DNA from: Lama glama
Lineage: Eukaryota
DNA length: 64,000 nt
Assembly (NCBI GenBank): GCA_028534125.1
Contig: CM052817.1
Location: 29,824,001 to 29,888,000, forward strand
Reading direction: 5' to 3'
In this document: positions 26,101-39,880 of the stretch, in pieces
How the letters are laid out: every line of letters begins with the position of its first letter
How positions within the stretch are numbered: the first letter of the stretch is position 1
Made by a program: the position numbers and the translations under genes
Notes under the pieces: generated by a model
What the model saw: the letters and a program-made list of their open reading frames with translations, nothing else
Databases searched by the model: none
Told to the model about the DNA's origin: nothing

Positions 26101-27339
26101 TCTCTAAGTCCTTTCTAATCATCAACGTTTCTTCCACTAAAGTTAAAATCGAATTCAACAAACATTTATTGAGCAACAAACCCTTCAATATACTAAAGAT
26201 ATAAGAATTCTGTGTTCCATCCCACCAGAACGCCACCTACAGAATGCCACTGAGGAACCACAACCCATGGAACCACACGTATGGAACCTTACCTAGCTCC
26301 TGAATACAGTTTAATAGTTGTACAGTCTGTGTTACTGGACATTGTAGAAACAAAAATAAATGAGGGGCTCCTCATCCAAACTAAAACTGAGGGCAGAGAG
26401 CAGTGATGGTCATTGGGAGTTGAGCTTAAAAATTTGACACAAATTTCTTAAGTGAAACTTTATGTTATATTGACCTTTTACAAGTCGAATTCAGCAAGCA
26501 TATACTGAAAACCTTTTATGGTAAAGTCTTGGGTTAGGTGCTTTTAGAAAAAGTTGTCTTAAAAGTAAATACAATATGAGCTTTGACCTCAAGGAGAGAA
26601 GAACTAGATTCATCTGTACATTGAATGAAACTAAAAATGGAGAAAGTTGAGACTCAAGAAGCGTGATATGTTCTAAAATGTATTTGACCCAAGGGTAAAA
26701 AAGAATGATGAAATAATGAATAAAGCGCAAACAAAAGTCAGAAGTCAAAAAATGTTGGACACAGCACAATCATGAACAGCAAGAAAAGAGAAAAGGGCAC
26801 CAGTGACCAAGTTTTAATTTATTCAACCTTCCCATTGGGAGCTTGACTAAGTTTATTAGTCTCTCTCCATACCTTTCACTCATAGATCAAGTAAAAAAAA
26901 TTTGTACCTTATTAATGTTTGTGGGAGGCACATACAGCCTTTCTTGGGCTACGTCTCTACTTTTCACAATGAAGCTGTCCTCAGAACACAGATATTTACT
27001 CCTCTATCGTGGAATAGACTCTTCACAGGTAAGGGAGACTTGCAATTGTCAAGCACTGCGTGTGACTGAGATAGGAGTCTACTTCATAAAGGAGCGTAAC
27101 ATTATAAAGTCCATTGTGATCCTATACTTAAAAGTCTCCTTCATGAATCAACTTTATTACTAATAAAGCTTGATGCTCATTTGTCTATATTCCACATCTC
27201 TCAATTCACTCACTCTCTACTCTGGAAAAGATAATGGAGCAGTTTAATACTGAATGCTAATCTCAACAGAAATGTGGTTAAAAAGTGGCCATCACTATAC
27301 TAAGGTCAGAAAGAGTAGAAAGAAGATTATATATATATG

Positions 27340-27475
27340 GTTTAAAAAATTCTTGTTGAATTATAGTTGACTTATAATATTATAAGTTATAGGTATATAA
27401 TATAGTGATTTGCAATTTTTAAAGGTTAAACTCTATTTATAGTTTTTATAAAATATTTACTATATATTGCTATTA
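27340..27475 (-). mobile_element. L1 3' end fragment
   Basis: TTGAATTATAGTTGACTTATAATATTATAAGTTATAGGTATATAATATAGTGATT...AAAGGTTAAACTCTATTTATAG, antisense L1MA-type terminus. Confidence 0.75.
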
Positions 27476-27585
27476 TATATTTAAACTAGTTATTTTAGAA
27501 AAAAGACTTTAATTAGTATGGGGAAGAGAAGCCAGATTGCAAGAGTGAAAGAAGTATGTGAGTGATTAAGAAATGAAATTAATGA

Positions 27586-27974
27586 ATACCATATGATATC
27601 ACTTATATATGGAATCTAAAAAAAATAAAAAGACAAATGAACTTATATATAAAACAGGAATCAGACTCACAAACATAGAATACAGACTTGTGGTTGCCAG
27701 GTGGGAAGAGGGTGAGAAAGAATAAACTGGGATTTCGAGATTTGCAGATACTGACTGGTATACATAAAATAGATAAACAAGTTTATACTGTATAGCACAG
27801 TGAAATATATTCAATATCTTGTGGTAACTTATGGTGAAAAAGAATATAAAAATGAATATATGGATATTCATGTATGACTGAAGCATTGTGCTGTACCCCA
27901 GAAACTGACACAACATTGTAAACTGACTACACCTCAATAAAAAAAAAAAAACAGTTGTGAAAGAATTTTAAACC
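27586..27974 (+). mobile_element. Young 5'-truncated camelid-type L1 3'UTR with perfect 18-bp TSD
   Basis: TACCATATGATATCACTTATAT...ACAACATTGTAAACTGACTACACCTCAATAAA plus an A run. TSD AAGAAATGAAATTAATGA at 27568-27585 and 27975-27992. Confidence 0.93.
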
Positions 27975-28311
27975 AAGAAATGAAATTAATGAGGATATAT
28001 AAGTATCATGAGGGCTTCATCAATTGAAGAAACAAAAATGTTTAAATACTAGCTCTGGAATAATAGGAAATCAATAATATTTTCTTTCCTTTATTTAATT
28101 CTAATTATTTTTAGAATTTTGGCATTTAGCAGAAAGGAAATAGGTTATGAAAAAGGAAGATCCAATAAGATGGAGATAACTCATTAAAATAGATAGAAGA
28201 TGGCATAAAATCAAGACATGATAAAGGGATTCACTTTGGATCAGAGGGAGATACTTTTTTAAAGAAAAAAATAATAAAATTATATCAAAAACACAGATAT
28301 TTTTAGAAAAA

Positions 28312-28358
28312 ATACACCAGACACTAACACAACGTTGTAAACCAAGTATACATCAATG
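28312..28358 (+). mobile_element. Very short L1 3' terminus
   Basis: TACACCAGACACTAACACAACGTTGTAAACCAAGTATACATCAAT is similar to 27895-27938. Confidence 0.65.
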
Positions 28359-30434
28359 AATTTATTAATTAATTAAAAATTGGGGAGAAAAAAGTAAAAA
28401 GAAAAAATTCTAGTACATATTTCCTCAATGTATTGCCCTTATTTTCTGGAGACTAAATGTTTGGTGATATTTACTAAATGATGTACAATTATGTAGCTAT
28501 ATTCTAAAATGGATGAGTATTAAATAACACCAGTGAAATGCTTTTTCTTGTATCAAAGAGAAGTATCAGGAAATCTCCATATAGTCTATAACCAGGAGGA
28601 AGCGCATACTTGAAATCATCCCTTTCCTCGTGAATAAAACTTATTTCAATGCCATGTTCATTTTATATGACCATTATAATCAAAGGATAACCTGATTACT
28701 GACACTAATAATTTCACAAAGAGTTTGGAAATGTAATTTTTTTTGTTTGTTTATTACATAATATTTTGAATTAGTTTCTTCACTCTTTAGTAACTTTAAT
28801 AAGTATAATATGGATATTTATTTCAAAATATTTGGTAGTAATATAATCATTAATTAATCTTGTAATTATAATTAATTGTATTCTTATTAATATAACCAAA
28901 ATGTAATTCTTTACAAGCAACAGCATCAGAAATTTTGAAAATAAAAGAGAATGTTCACCTTAAAACAAGATGGTCAATATCCCAAAAATATTCTACAGCA
29001 TAGATATGAGAGAAAAGAAACATAGTTAGTATGTGCCTCAGAAAAAAAATTTTAAGTGAAGTTTAGTAAAAACCCATAGAACTGGTATCACTAAGTACTA
29101 TTTATTTTTCATTTTTCAATATTGCTTTTAATTTTTGATTTAATCTTGAAATTATCCCAAACAAATCTTGGATGCTTTCTTACTGCTTGTTTTCTAAAGG
29201 CTTAGTTTAGAATACTATTATGTAAATAATTCAGTTAATGCTGAAGAGAAATCCAGTTTGCTTCCCAGATTTTTTTCAGCTTATAACGTAAGTGAAGACT
29301 AGAAACTTATTAAAGAAAATAGACACAGTCTTGCAAAGTCTGAGAGTGATTTCAAAATGTGTTCAAATACAATGTAGCATTAAAAACTAAATATCTTCTT
29401 ATTTCTTGTTTTCAGAATACAATAGGAAACAGGTCAATATTTTTCAAAGTGATATAAAATATGTAATTAGATATAGAGTTGGCAACATGGAATACCTTGG
29501 AGCAAAAGTGCTTTGAATCTCACTTGACACAGTGGGAAGGAGGATACTGTATTTATTATTTATCCATTTATGCATTAGTTGGGCATTCTTCTATGCATTT
29601 GTTATTATCAAACTACAGAACAAAATCACTTTAAGAAATCTCTGTGTCAGACACACACTTTGCCCATTGCTGGAGACTGAAAAATGACCATGGCACAGAC
29701 TGCCTATCAAGAGCTCAAATGCTTTTGCTCTGTGCATTCTTCCTGAATGAGTGTACTTGTATAACCTCTCTAGTTGTGCTTTTGTTGTCTGACAATTAAA
29801 AATGGATACAAATGCATTTGTTTAAATGACAGCCACCATTTAAATTTTATAGGATATTTCAAAGTGCAGAGCTACAGTGATAGAATCATGATTGCATTTC
29901 TATCTAGTACTAGTTAGCCCATTCCTACCATGATTCATTTTTTAATTTCAGCTTCCATAAATATGGATGTATGTTGAGTTTAATGTTCCATGAAGAGGAA
30001 AGATTGACCATTTATAAATGCATACACCTTCTTCAACACCCTTTTGGCACCCAATTCATGGCAGAAAGGAATAATTTGGCTTATTGAATTTTGTCTGTAT
30101 CATAGTTTATATTTTACATATTTACTCTTTAATTTCTAAAGAATAATTTAGATTCCAACTATCAAAAAATGGGGTAAACAACCATTGTTTCAAGAAATAC
30201 TCAGTGAACTTTCAGGCAGTTTCAGTGACACAAAAAGAAAATCATCTATGAGGTTGTTTTCTCTGAGAAATTTGAGCTTTAATTCACAATTCGCTTCAAA
30301 GAAATGACAGAAATGATGAGACCTTTGTGTAAAAAATGTGTAATAAATTATTTGTGGTGCTCCAGCCTCAATGAAAATGGTCGAAAACTCCCAAGGAAAT
30401 TTCTTCCGAAATGATGTGAGCAGATCAAAGATCA

Positions 30435-30690
30435 ACTTAGAAGAAGGTGGAGTAGAAAGGTCCTCAGCTTTTCCCTGGGACACGCAAACATTACAACTAT
30501 TTGCAGAGCAACTATCAATGAGAATGACCTCAAACTAGCAGGAAAGGTTTTGTGCAGCTAAAGATACAAAGAAGGAACTACCACAAGAGGGAAGGAGGGG
30601 CACACTGCAGTGTAGTTAAGACCCACAGCCCCCAGCGGGCCACGAACAAATGGGAGGGTAATAACATTTGCAGGGATTTTCCTCAAGGCC
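30435..30690 (+). mobile_element. Second orphan L1 5' end (older, CpG-decayed)
   Basis: AAGAAGGTGGAGTAGAAAGG...ACAACTATTTGCAGAGCAACTATCAATGAG...CTAAAGATACAAAGAAGGAAC...ACAAATGGGAGGGTAAT resembles the start of laurasiatherian L1 5'UTRs (AAGATGGCGGAGTAGAAGG). Confidence 0.75.
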
Positions 30691-31803
30691 TTGCTCCTCT
30701 GTTACTTCCATTTCCCAACGACTGGAGTAGCAAGTATATTCAAGAATTTTTACCCTTGGGGAATGTTTGATTCCACTGTAGAACCCTGTTGTGTGGGAAG
30801 GCTTTATTGAATCCTGAAACGGAAAATTTTTTCAAGTTTCATCTAGTCCTTGCACCGTAACTCTACTATGTGTTGTTCCAAACTTAGAGGAAGAGTTCTA
30901 GAAGTTGTGAATCCATGTAATAAAAAGGTTCTTACTCTCACAGAATATGCAGCTTTGGGAAGTGCTGTGACCTTAGAGTTGGAATACAAGTGGGAAAGCA
31001 TTATACTAAGAATAATATTGAATGAATTTTATAGTGTATTAAAAATTTAATGCATAAATCCAAATCCACTTGTACCTGAATCAAGTAGTGGCAAATCACT
31101 TGTTATATATTTCATAAGTGTTTGACAAAATATGGATGAAGAAAACTGTTAATAATTCTGAGTTTAGAGGAGAACCAAAAATGTATATCAAGAACTAATA
31201 TACTTTTCCCTAGCTGGGACTTCTTGTCACATTGATTCTTGGTTGTAAAAAAAGGCAGGGACTTTAAAGAATTTTATTTGAAAAACAGAATTATTGTACA
31301 ACAGAGGATACTGATCTCTTAAAGCAGGGTTCCTATCCCTCAACTCAGACAACATAACTTGCTTCCAGGACAGGTAGTTTATTAACTACAGGAAATAATC
31401 CACCTCTTTGGGAAACAACATTTGAAAACTACAAAATAGATTTTGTCACTCACCTCATGTGCAAAAGTTTTCTTAATAAACGGATCACAATAAGCCTCTC
31501 TATCTACAGCTGCTCCTCGATTCTACCAACTTATTTATAGTAAAAAATGAGGGGAATTTTTTTAACAAAATAAAATCTACAATGCATGACTACTTCTATA
31601 CAATTATAAAATTTATTTTAATGTTCCTAAACTTATATAATTCTAACTTTTAAAAATGTGAGTAATATTCTTCAAATAGTCACTTGTCTATGTTTCTATA
31701 TTCACACATTACTTATATGATTAACCCAGCAATTTGTTAGAGAATATATATAAAGGTATGATAAAAATGTAAAGATGATCATTCAAAGAAAAACTTATTA
31801 AAG

Positions 31804-32661
31804 CTATGTCATTAATTTTAAGATGCACCATATTTTGTGTTTGATTAGGAAAGAAAACATGGCATTAATAACATAACATATTCTTATATTTTAGAATGAT
31901 TATATGCATTGAAAATACTTAAGAATTATTTAGATCTCTATATTTTTCTGCTACAATCATAAAAAGAAAAATATAATAGTCAAACTTTTTGTCTTAAAAC
32001 ATTTTCACATTCAAACCCCAAATCTTTCAGTTAACTTTTAAGATTGTAACCATCAAAGTTCCCCTCCCCTATTTTTTTTCATATAACATCATACTCTCTG
32101 CTAGCATAAGGACTGGTGTTGCTGTATTTTCTCCAGTATTTCCTTCTAAGTTTTTGACAGTTATCATACAAGTTTTGATGTTGGTACTTTCTTCTTTGGA
32201 ATTTGATAAATAGTCCTTTATAGATATCTCAGTAACAAAGCATAATGCAACTTAATCTGCTTCCACGTTTTTTCCTTTTTAGGTCCTATAAATTCAAGAC
32301 AATAAGAAATCACTTTTATGGCTCCAGTGGCAGATACTTGCTTCACTGATATCAGATTAATTTCCCTTCACTGTTTCCATGTTAATTTCTAAAATAAATT
32401 TACATCTCAAAATTGGATTATATTACTTTGTAGATATTTTGAAGGACAACTGAATATCACATATGTGGTACCAATGATAGACATTATCTAATTAATGTGA
32501 TGATAAAATGAAATTGTATGACAATGCTCATGCATGAAAAGGTAAGGACAACTATCACGACTTCCATTTGTCTGCCAGTAATTATAAAAATGCCATCAAT
32601 GAATAGACACATTTCAATTTCAGTGATATTTAAATGATATGTCTTAAAAGTGATGAAATAG
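31804..32661. mobile_element. TcMar-Tc2 (Kanga/MER104-like) non-autonomous DNA transposon
   Basis: Imperfect terminal inverted repeats: CTATGTCATTAATTTTAAGA (31804-31823) vs reverse complement of 32642-32661 CTATTTCATCACTTTTAAGA (17/20); subterminal TGAAATTGAAATGTGTCT on the minus strand. Confidence 0.6.
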
Positions 32662-32739
32662 TTCATGTCGTTTAGTATAATGGAAAACAAATTTCTTAAA
32701 GCTATATGATTTGAACAAAATTCATAGAGAGGAAAACAA

Positions 32740-33310
32740 TGTGAAATTAAAAAAAATAGAAAACAGAAACTAAATTGAAAACTATTAGTACTGTCAATAA
32801 TTGGGGAAAAGATGAATTCAGCTATTAAAAGGAAAGACTCTGAGATTGTAATTGAAAAACAAAATAGAGTTCAATATGAGCCAAAACGACAGATGAAAAA
32901 TTCAAAGAAAAAAACAATTACCAGGTGAATGGAAAAAAAGAAAAGAAAAAAACCTGCCAGAGAAATGCTAAATCAGCTAAAATAAATTTCTAGCAGGAAA
33001 GTATTTAAAGTTATAGGTAAATGTATACTTTTCTTAGAAAACTAATATTTCACAAGTGATTTTAGTAAGAAATATTTAGTATGGAATATTCAAAAGAACC
33101 AACAACCATACTATGAAATCAACAATGAATTTCAACAAAATGAACAAGAAAGACAATTATAAGATGAAAATTAAACATCACTATTTTTCTACGTATAAAC
33201 AGTAACCAAATAGAGAATAGAACTAGAAAAAAAAAAGATTCTAAGAACATAGAAACCAAAATAGTTAAGTACCTATGAATAAATATAACTATAAATGTGC
33301 AAAATATTTT
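32740..33310 (+). mobile_element. Highly decayed L1 (L1ME class) ORF2 pieces
   Basis: A-rich; CTATTAAAAGGAAAGACTCTGAGATTG (EN start) and CCTATGAATAAATATAAC...ATGTGCAAAA (post-RT). Confidence 0.5.
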
Positions 33311-34009
33311 GCAATATCAACAACAAAATGCTGCATATAACAGATTAAGTAGAGGAAATAGAGTTTTGGTTAAGGAATATCCAACCCATTAGCTCAAAGT
33401 GTTGGTGACTTTTATTATGGGGTAAAATATTTGATCAAAGTATGGTGTACTGCAGCCTTGAGTCCAAGCCATGTATAGAACAGCACTCCGTAATCAGTGA
33501 CAATTATAGAAAAATAGAATATTAAAGTGTGCTGGTTATTTCCAGCTAAGAAAGGAATGGCTAGCCTGAAAGCAGAGTTCACACACAATACAATTTTAAT
33601 AAGGAAAAGCACTCTGTCTTTAGCAATCTAAATTGAGTAAGAGTCCCATACTATTGGATTTAAAGTCTCAAAATTCATCCTATTCTGTAACTCAAGCTGA
33701 AGCTAATATTAGAGGATCAGCTTTATCAGGAGTTCAGATAAGACACAGGGCTTTGCATATTTTTTGCCAAAGTAAGGGAAAGATCTTTCGGTAAAAAATC
33801 ACTTAAGAATTCAGCATTTTCTCTCTATTTTTTTTTTTTATATTAGGTGGCCTAGACAAATAAACTGCTTTAGTTTTTAGATTGCTAAACACTGATTCTG
33901 GACCTCAAGTCTGACGAAGTCACTTGCCTGTATCTAGGCAAAAGATTTTAATATAAAGGATATACATGGAAGAGAGTATATTTGGAGGTTAAGAATACAA
34001 AGGGTGAAC

Positions 34010-34482
34010 TATGGCAGATATTGTAGGATGGTTGATTCAATCCATCCTATTCCCAGCCTCCTTCTCTCCTTATCAGCCTCAGTCGTTGAGGATGGGAAAG
34101 CTAAGCATTTGTTCTTTCACAATTAGAGGTAGTCGCATAATGCAATTCCTGGTAAGAGGATGTAAGAGGAATTGTGTGGAAGAAACCATTTGTCTTCTTG
34201 ATTGAAAATTAATGATAATAAAATAAAAGGATAGAAATAGCAGGAGCAGTTCCTGTGCTTTCTCCATACATTATCTTTGAACTCAAATATAACGTCTGGT
34301 GCTGCAAGAGTCATCCAGCAACCACAAGTCAGTAATCGTAGGGCAAGGCCAGGGGTATTATAAAACTGATAGCCGCAACAGGTTAAATCCTTCAGGTTCC
34401 CTGTTATATAAGAAAAAGCATTTTTAAGCCAGTCTCATTCAATCTCTGTTATGTACAAGTGAAACAACATCCTTCTGATTCA
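34010..34482 (+). mobile_element. LTR33-like ERVL solo LTR
   Basis: TATGGCAGATATTGT..., AATTAGAGGTAGTCGCAT, TCTGGTGCTGCAAGAGTCATC and TTTAAGCCAGT...TCTGTTATGTACA...CTGATTCA follow the recalled LTR33 layout. Confidence 0.65.
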
Positions 34483-34749
34483 CTAGGCAGTCTGGCTTCT
34501 TCTTTTTATCCACTTCCCCAAAATCCCCTCTAAGGAATTTCAAGTTGATTATCCCTTTATTACCCTTCTCTACCTCCTTTCTAAGCTTTTATGCCCAAAC
34601 CTATCACCTGGAATTCGTATTTTAGGGATACTGAGGCCCTTATTTTTTCACAAAGTATTGCGTGTATGTGTGTATTATATATAATATACATAATATATAT
34701 TATATACATGATATATTAGATTTAGAGAAATGAAATTTAGTTACAACAA

Positions 34750-35985
34750 TAACAGGTTCCTCCTTCTCTATTTCCATAAACGACATCACCATTTAACCGC
34801 AACTCCACAAATACGAGCTTCATTTGAAACTCTACATTTAGTCTTCCTACACATTCAATAATTCCAGTCTATTCTAACTCCAAAATATATCTCAAATCCA
34901 TCCAGTTATCTCTTACCCTACCCTTCCCACACTAGTTCAAACATCACTTCTCACAGTGAATACTTCTGCAACTTCTTAATTGATCCCTCTGCATTTACCC
35001 CTTGTCCTCTTCTAATCTGTTATCTAGTTAGCAGCCAGAGTGATCTTATAAAATTGCAATGTGAGTGGATCATCTCTCTATTAAAAACTTATCAATCACG
35101 TCCTCTTGCTTTTGTGACAAGTTTTCAACAAGATTTCCCAAACAGTCTACTCATACTTATTTATCCAGTCTCAGTTTTGCCTTTCCCTACTGTCCAGTGC
35201 ACAGCCATATTAGTTATGTTTCAGTTTCTCAAGGATACTGTGTTACCTTCCTCTTCTATATTCATCTTAGATTGGGTACTTTGGAAAGAGACACTGACAT
35301 GGAGAGTTGCATGCCAGTAGTTATGGGGACTGTTCTAGGAGGAAACACCTGTGTTATGAGGCCAGTAAAATCTGGGGAGAGGGATAAAGTGACAAACAGT
35401 GTGGTTGCAGCTGAGGGCTCAGACAAGCATATGGTAAGCTCTGGAGCTAGGTTGTCTCTTTAGATATCCCTCAAACTGGAGCAAGGAGGTTGGACATATG
35501 TAGTGCCACATAGACCCATAATTGGCTATGGGCATATAGCTTTAGGCAAGGCAGTTCTGAAGGGGGGATAGAAATTCCCAGTGAGGGATATAGATTTGAA
35601 ACTTTAACAGTAGATAATTCTCAGCAGGAACGAGGTGGTTGTGGGTGGGTTAGTCCTGAGGAGGGCATCAGAAGGGAATATGACAGTATCTGTTTCTGTA
35701 CTTTTGTTGATCCTGTTTCCTCTGAGTCAAACTCTCCCTCTCATTCCTCTTAATTTCTTTATCACACTAACTTCTATTCATCCCACAGGTGTCTCTGATC
35801 CTAATCATTGGTGGGCTCCCTTTTCCATACTTCAACAGTATAACTCAAAATCTCCAGTCTTACTGAACTAGGTAACGATTGTTTATTTATTAAGGCCCTG
35901 TGGAAACAAAAATCGCATTTTCACCTTAGTGTTCCCAGAGTCCAAAGTAGTGTTTGACAATACTTAATGCAAAATGAATGTATAT
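34750..35985 (+). mobile_element. L2 3' region, interrupted by an LTR at 35262-35690
   Basis: CTCCAAAATATATCTCAAATCCATCCA, GCAGCCAGAGTGATCTT and a terminal TGAATG. Confidence 0.7.
35262..35690 (-). mobile_element. LTR16-like ERVL solo LTR nested in L2
   Basis: TCTTAGATTGGGT...ACACCTGTG...GTTGCAGCTGAGGGCTCAG...AGCTCTGGAGCTAGG...GCAAGGAGG resembles recalled LTR16A; orientation is inferred. Confidence 0.65.
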
Positions 35986-38269
35986 TTCAGAGCGAATAAA
36001 TTTCACATCTATTTTCAAGTTTTATTGAGTCTAGATCTTCCTGAGAAAGAACCATCCAAAATCAGGAAAATAAGTGAGAAATAACAAGAGAGTAGTAAAG
36101 GTTTTAACTGGGTATGATTTCCAATCTTCAGTTAATCTCTATTTCTAAATATTGCTCAGAAGACTTTTCAAATTCCTTCCTGTACCGGATTCTGGGTGTT
36201 CTATTAGCACTGTCTTAGTCAATGCATATTTTATTTAACTATATGTGGATTACTTTGTATCAATTCCATCATATAATTTATTCAGCTGAGAAGAAACATT
36301 AGTACTCATGAATCAGTATTTTCCTTGCTTTTTTCATGTTTCCATTATGAATATTAGCTACTAAAGTTACTGTTTTATTAGTTATATACAGTAATAAAGA
36401 AACACACTTGGGGTGTCTGAAGCCCATGGTGAAATTAAAATATACATTTTAATGAAATCCAAGACATTCATACTTACATATAGATGATACTGTAAATGTT
36501 GAAAGCAAGGTTAAAAATGACTTAGAAAAAAGCAGCATAAGTAAAAATGGTATCCTCTACTTGGGATAACAGTATGTGTTCATTTTCTATGAATTGTGAA
36601 TAGATAGACTGTATACGCAAACATAGCCAAAATTAGGATAAATATTTTGAACCACATATGTTAATCTTGTACACCATGTTAAACTGCCTCCTCACCCAAT
36701 CCATATCACAGTACCTAATCGCTCATTAACTGTTTGTTGTTTGAATGTTAGGGATTAAAAAAAAGAAAACTATCAACTTAAATGGTAATCAATGATTTCC
36801 TGCAAATTAGATTTGTACATGATCATTTAAACCCAAATATTATCTTAACCTTCTGATAATACTGAAGATATTCTAGTTTAGAAGACCTAATCCAAACAAG
36901 CAATATTTTTAACTAACAATAAAATTGCAAACAGTAGACTTCTTAAAAAAGTCACAAGCATACGCAGAAGGCCTGGTGGACTCTCTGCGGGTGCTGTGTC
37001 TCCCAGTATAGCCTCAGAGATGCCTGTATATGACCACATGCCTTCATTTACTTGTCGGCTTGGAACACTTCTGAGAAATATGCTCCAGGAAGATGGCTAT
37101 TTTAAATGGTTCCTTGATTCTTAACTTGTAAACATAATTTTCAAATTCCCTTGACCCAGTTCTAACATTGCTCAACCGAGACTTGATCAGAGTGCCTTAG
37201 TAATCTAGAATTTAATGCATATAAATTACCAACGTAAAAATGATTTTACTCTCTTACCTTGCCCTGAGGTAACCTCATTATAAAATTTTCACTTTCCCAC
37301 TGTCCTTGAATAATATCATTAGTATCTATAACTACCTAGTCCGCTGTCCAAAAGAACAGAGTATAAGTAATTTGGTAAGTCGATAAGGCGTTGTATTAAT
37401 GGGACATTATTCAAATGCAAAGTTAGGCATGACAGCATTAGTGAAATACAGAAGCATTTCAAGGTTTTATTAAACTCTTAAAGATCATATTTTCTGTAAG
37501 TTTATGTTCAGCAAAAATTCATCTATCTCCTATTGTTTTATTCATCATTTTGTGTAGTTTATATTGATTATTACTCACTTGAAATCAGGAAGCTATAGAT
37601 ATATTTCTGTATTTGCCTATAGTCTACTTAGAAGCATATATATGGCCATGCATGCAAAAATTATGTAACTCATAAAAATTCTGCAGGAAGATAAATCCTA
37701 ATGATAGAAATTAAATACAGTAAAATCTCTGTTCATAACATTTAGCCAGATTTCTTTCTGATCTAGCATTTCCTGACTTAACATTACAAATTAACTATTG
37801 AATTCCTGTCAGTTGTCAATGGCACTTAATTACATCTTTCCTTTAGCTAATATGAAAAATTGAAAGTTTCTGAAGCAAAGAAACATTATCTTTAGAAGAG
37901 ATCTTGTTTTATGAGCACTTTGATATGTTCTGATTCTTGAAAACTTGGACATCTGTATGTGAGAGATATAAGAACTTAATTAACAAGCATATTCATGGAC
38001 GCTGGACTCAGTAATTTATAACCATTTTGGATTATGAGGACTTTACTACTTTCTGAATTGACTCTTTATTTTATTGATGTGTATGTAATAAATCTATTTT
38101 ATATATTCTAATCTATTAAATAAATATTATAATATTGTCATAAATGTCAAACCTTTTCAAACTAAGAGAAAAACTAGGTAGGTTAAAAAAAAAGTGTCAT
38201 ACTAAACTTCTTATGGCTTGGGTGTGTTATCAATTGCTTTTCTTGCTGTCTTAAAGCTAACTTCTTTTA

Positions 38270-38470
38270 GTTTTGTCCCAGGCCATATGCTTAGCATTTA
38301 TCCTTATCTTTTTCAATACTCAAACTGTCCTCTGAAAGGCATCTATTATTTTTCCTGTTCATTCTTAGAAAACTAAAATTTAGAGGGTGTATTTGATTTT
38401 CCTAAGGTCACACACATGGAATTGGTCGGATCCAGGCATTAAATGAATATACATCTTACTTACAAATCTG
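38270..38470 (-). mobile_element. MIR fragment
   Basis: AGAAAACTAAAATTTAGAGGG...TGATTTTCCTAAGGTCACACA. Confidence 0.65.
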
Positions 38471-39734
38471 TGGTGTTCACTACTATTTTACACTACTTAA
38501 GCTCATTAAATGAACAGTTCAGTTTTATTTAATTCTATTCCACCGAAATTCCAATAATCTAAAATTTTATCTAAAATTACTGTTTTTGCACACACTGAGG
38601 TAAAAGTAAGAGGTAATAATTAATATGAGGTAGAAGTTAGTGGTAATAATACATTTTGGAGTGTAATAAAATTGAATGCTTTCTAAGCAAGTCACACTTA
38701 AAATTGAGTCTTTTTTTTTTTTTCACCATTCCCTATGCCAGTTCCCAGTGAAACATTAAAAGCTTGATAACTGTATAATAAACTCGTTTTTCTTGACCAA
38801 TAAGAACTAGAGGGTTTATCCTTCATCATAGGAAAAAGATATAAAAGCTTCAAATAATACAGACAATTATTTTTTATTATACTGAATAATAATTGCTGTA
38901 CATTAAATAAGACTGAATTGTTTATCTATTAGATGTCTTACCTATGTAAAAATTATTTCTTTGTATAACTGTTGCCGTTCTTCCTTTATGATTCTTATCG
39001 ATATAGAATGAGTTAAACTCTATTACTTTTTTTCCTGTTCAGTGTTTTCATGGAACATTTTATTCTTGTATCGAGAGTTAAATAATTATTTTATTGAGGG
39101 AATAATGGTACTGAGAAAATTTTGCATACTATAAAATATAGTACTGACATTATTATATTATATACATAAATGTAGTATGAATTCTATTGAGTAGACAAGA
39201 ATGCATACTTTTTTAAAAAAGCATGATAAAAATTTGGGGAGTTATAATCAAATTTAATCAAGCATCTCAAAATTAGGCTCTCTATTTACTCAATAAATAA
39301 TTAACATATATTGTTCACACATAGCTTACATAAACCTGTAACAATCAATGTCTAATCCTCTATCAAAATACAGACTGCAGGAATTCAGAAGCATCCTTGT
39401 TTTTCTGATACACTAATCTGAGAATTGTGACATCTATGGTTTACAGAATGGAGGCTAATTATCTAGTAAACATTGATGTACATTAATTTCATAACCTCTT
39501 TTAGAAGGATTACTTGTATTTTTCTTAGTTATCAATGCAAATGTATTTATTTCAAATTCACCAACTTCATGACTTCTATCTATTGATTTAGTGAATGTTA
39601 ATCAGAGTTTATATGAACTGCCATCTTTTTTGCTTAAAAGCAGATGGCACAACTAGTTAAAATTTACAATGAACCTCTCTCTTACTTTAAAACAAGGAAT
39701 GGATTTCTGAACACCTAACTAATGGTGATCTGTA

Positions 39735-39880
39735 GGACCAGCCCTGCCCTCACCTTGACTTGATCAGTGAAACTGTTTTAGGACTTCTGTCTTCTAGAAC
39801 TACAAGAGAAAATAATTTGTTCTATTTTAAGCCCTCAAGTTTATAGTAATTTATTACCATAGCTGTAGGAAACAAATACA
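39735..39880 (+). mobile_element. MLT1 (MaLR) LTR 3' part
   Basis: CAGCCCTGCC..CACCTTGA...GGACTTCTG..TTCTAGAACTACAAGAGAA...TTTTAAGCC...GGAAACAAATACA. Confidence 0.8.

Noticed and set aside
26225..26290. CRISPR-like repeat spacing
   Set aside because: Repeats are only 6-11 nt with very short spacers, in a mammalian context with no cas genes.
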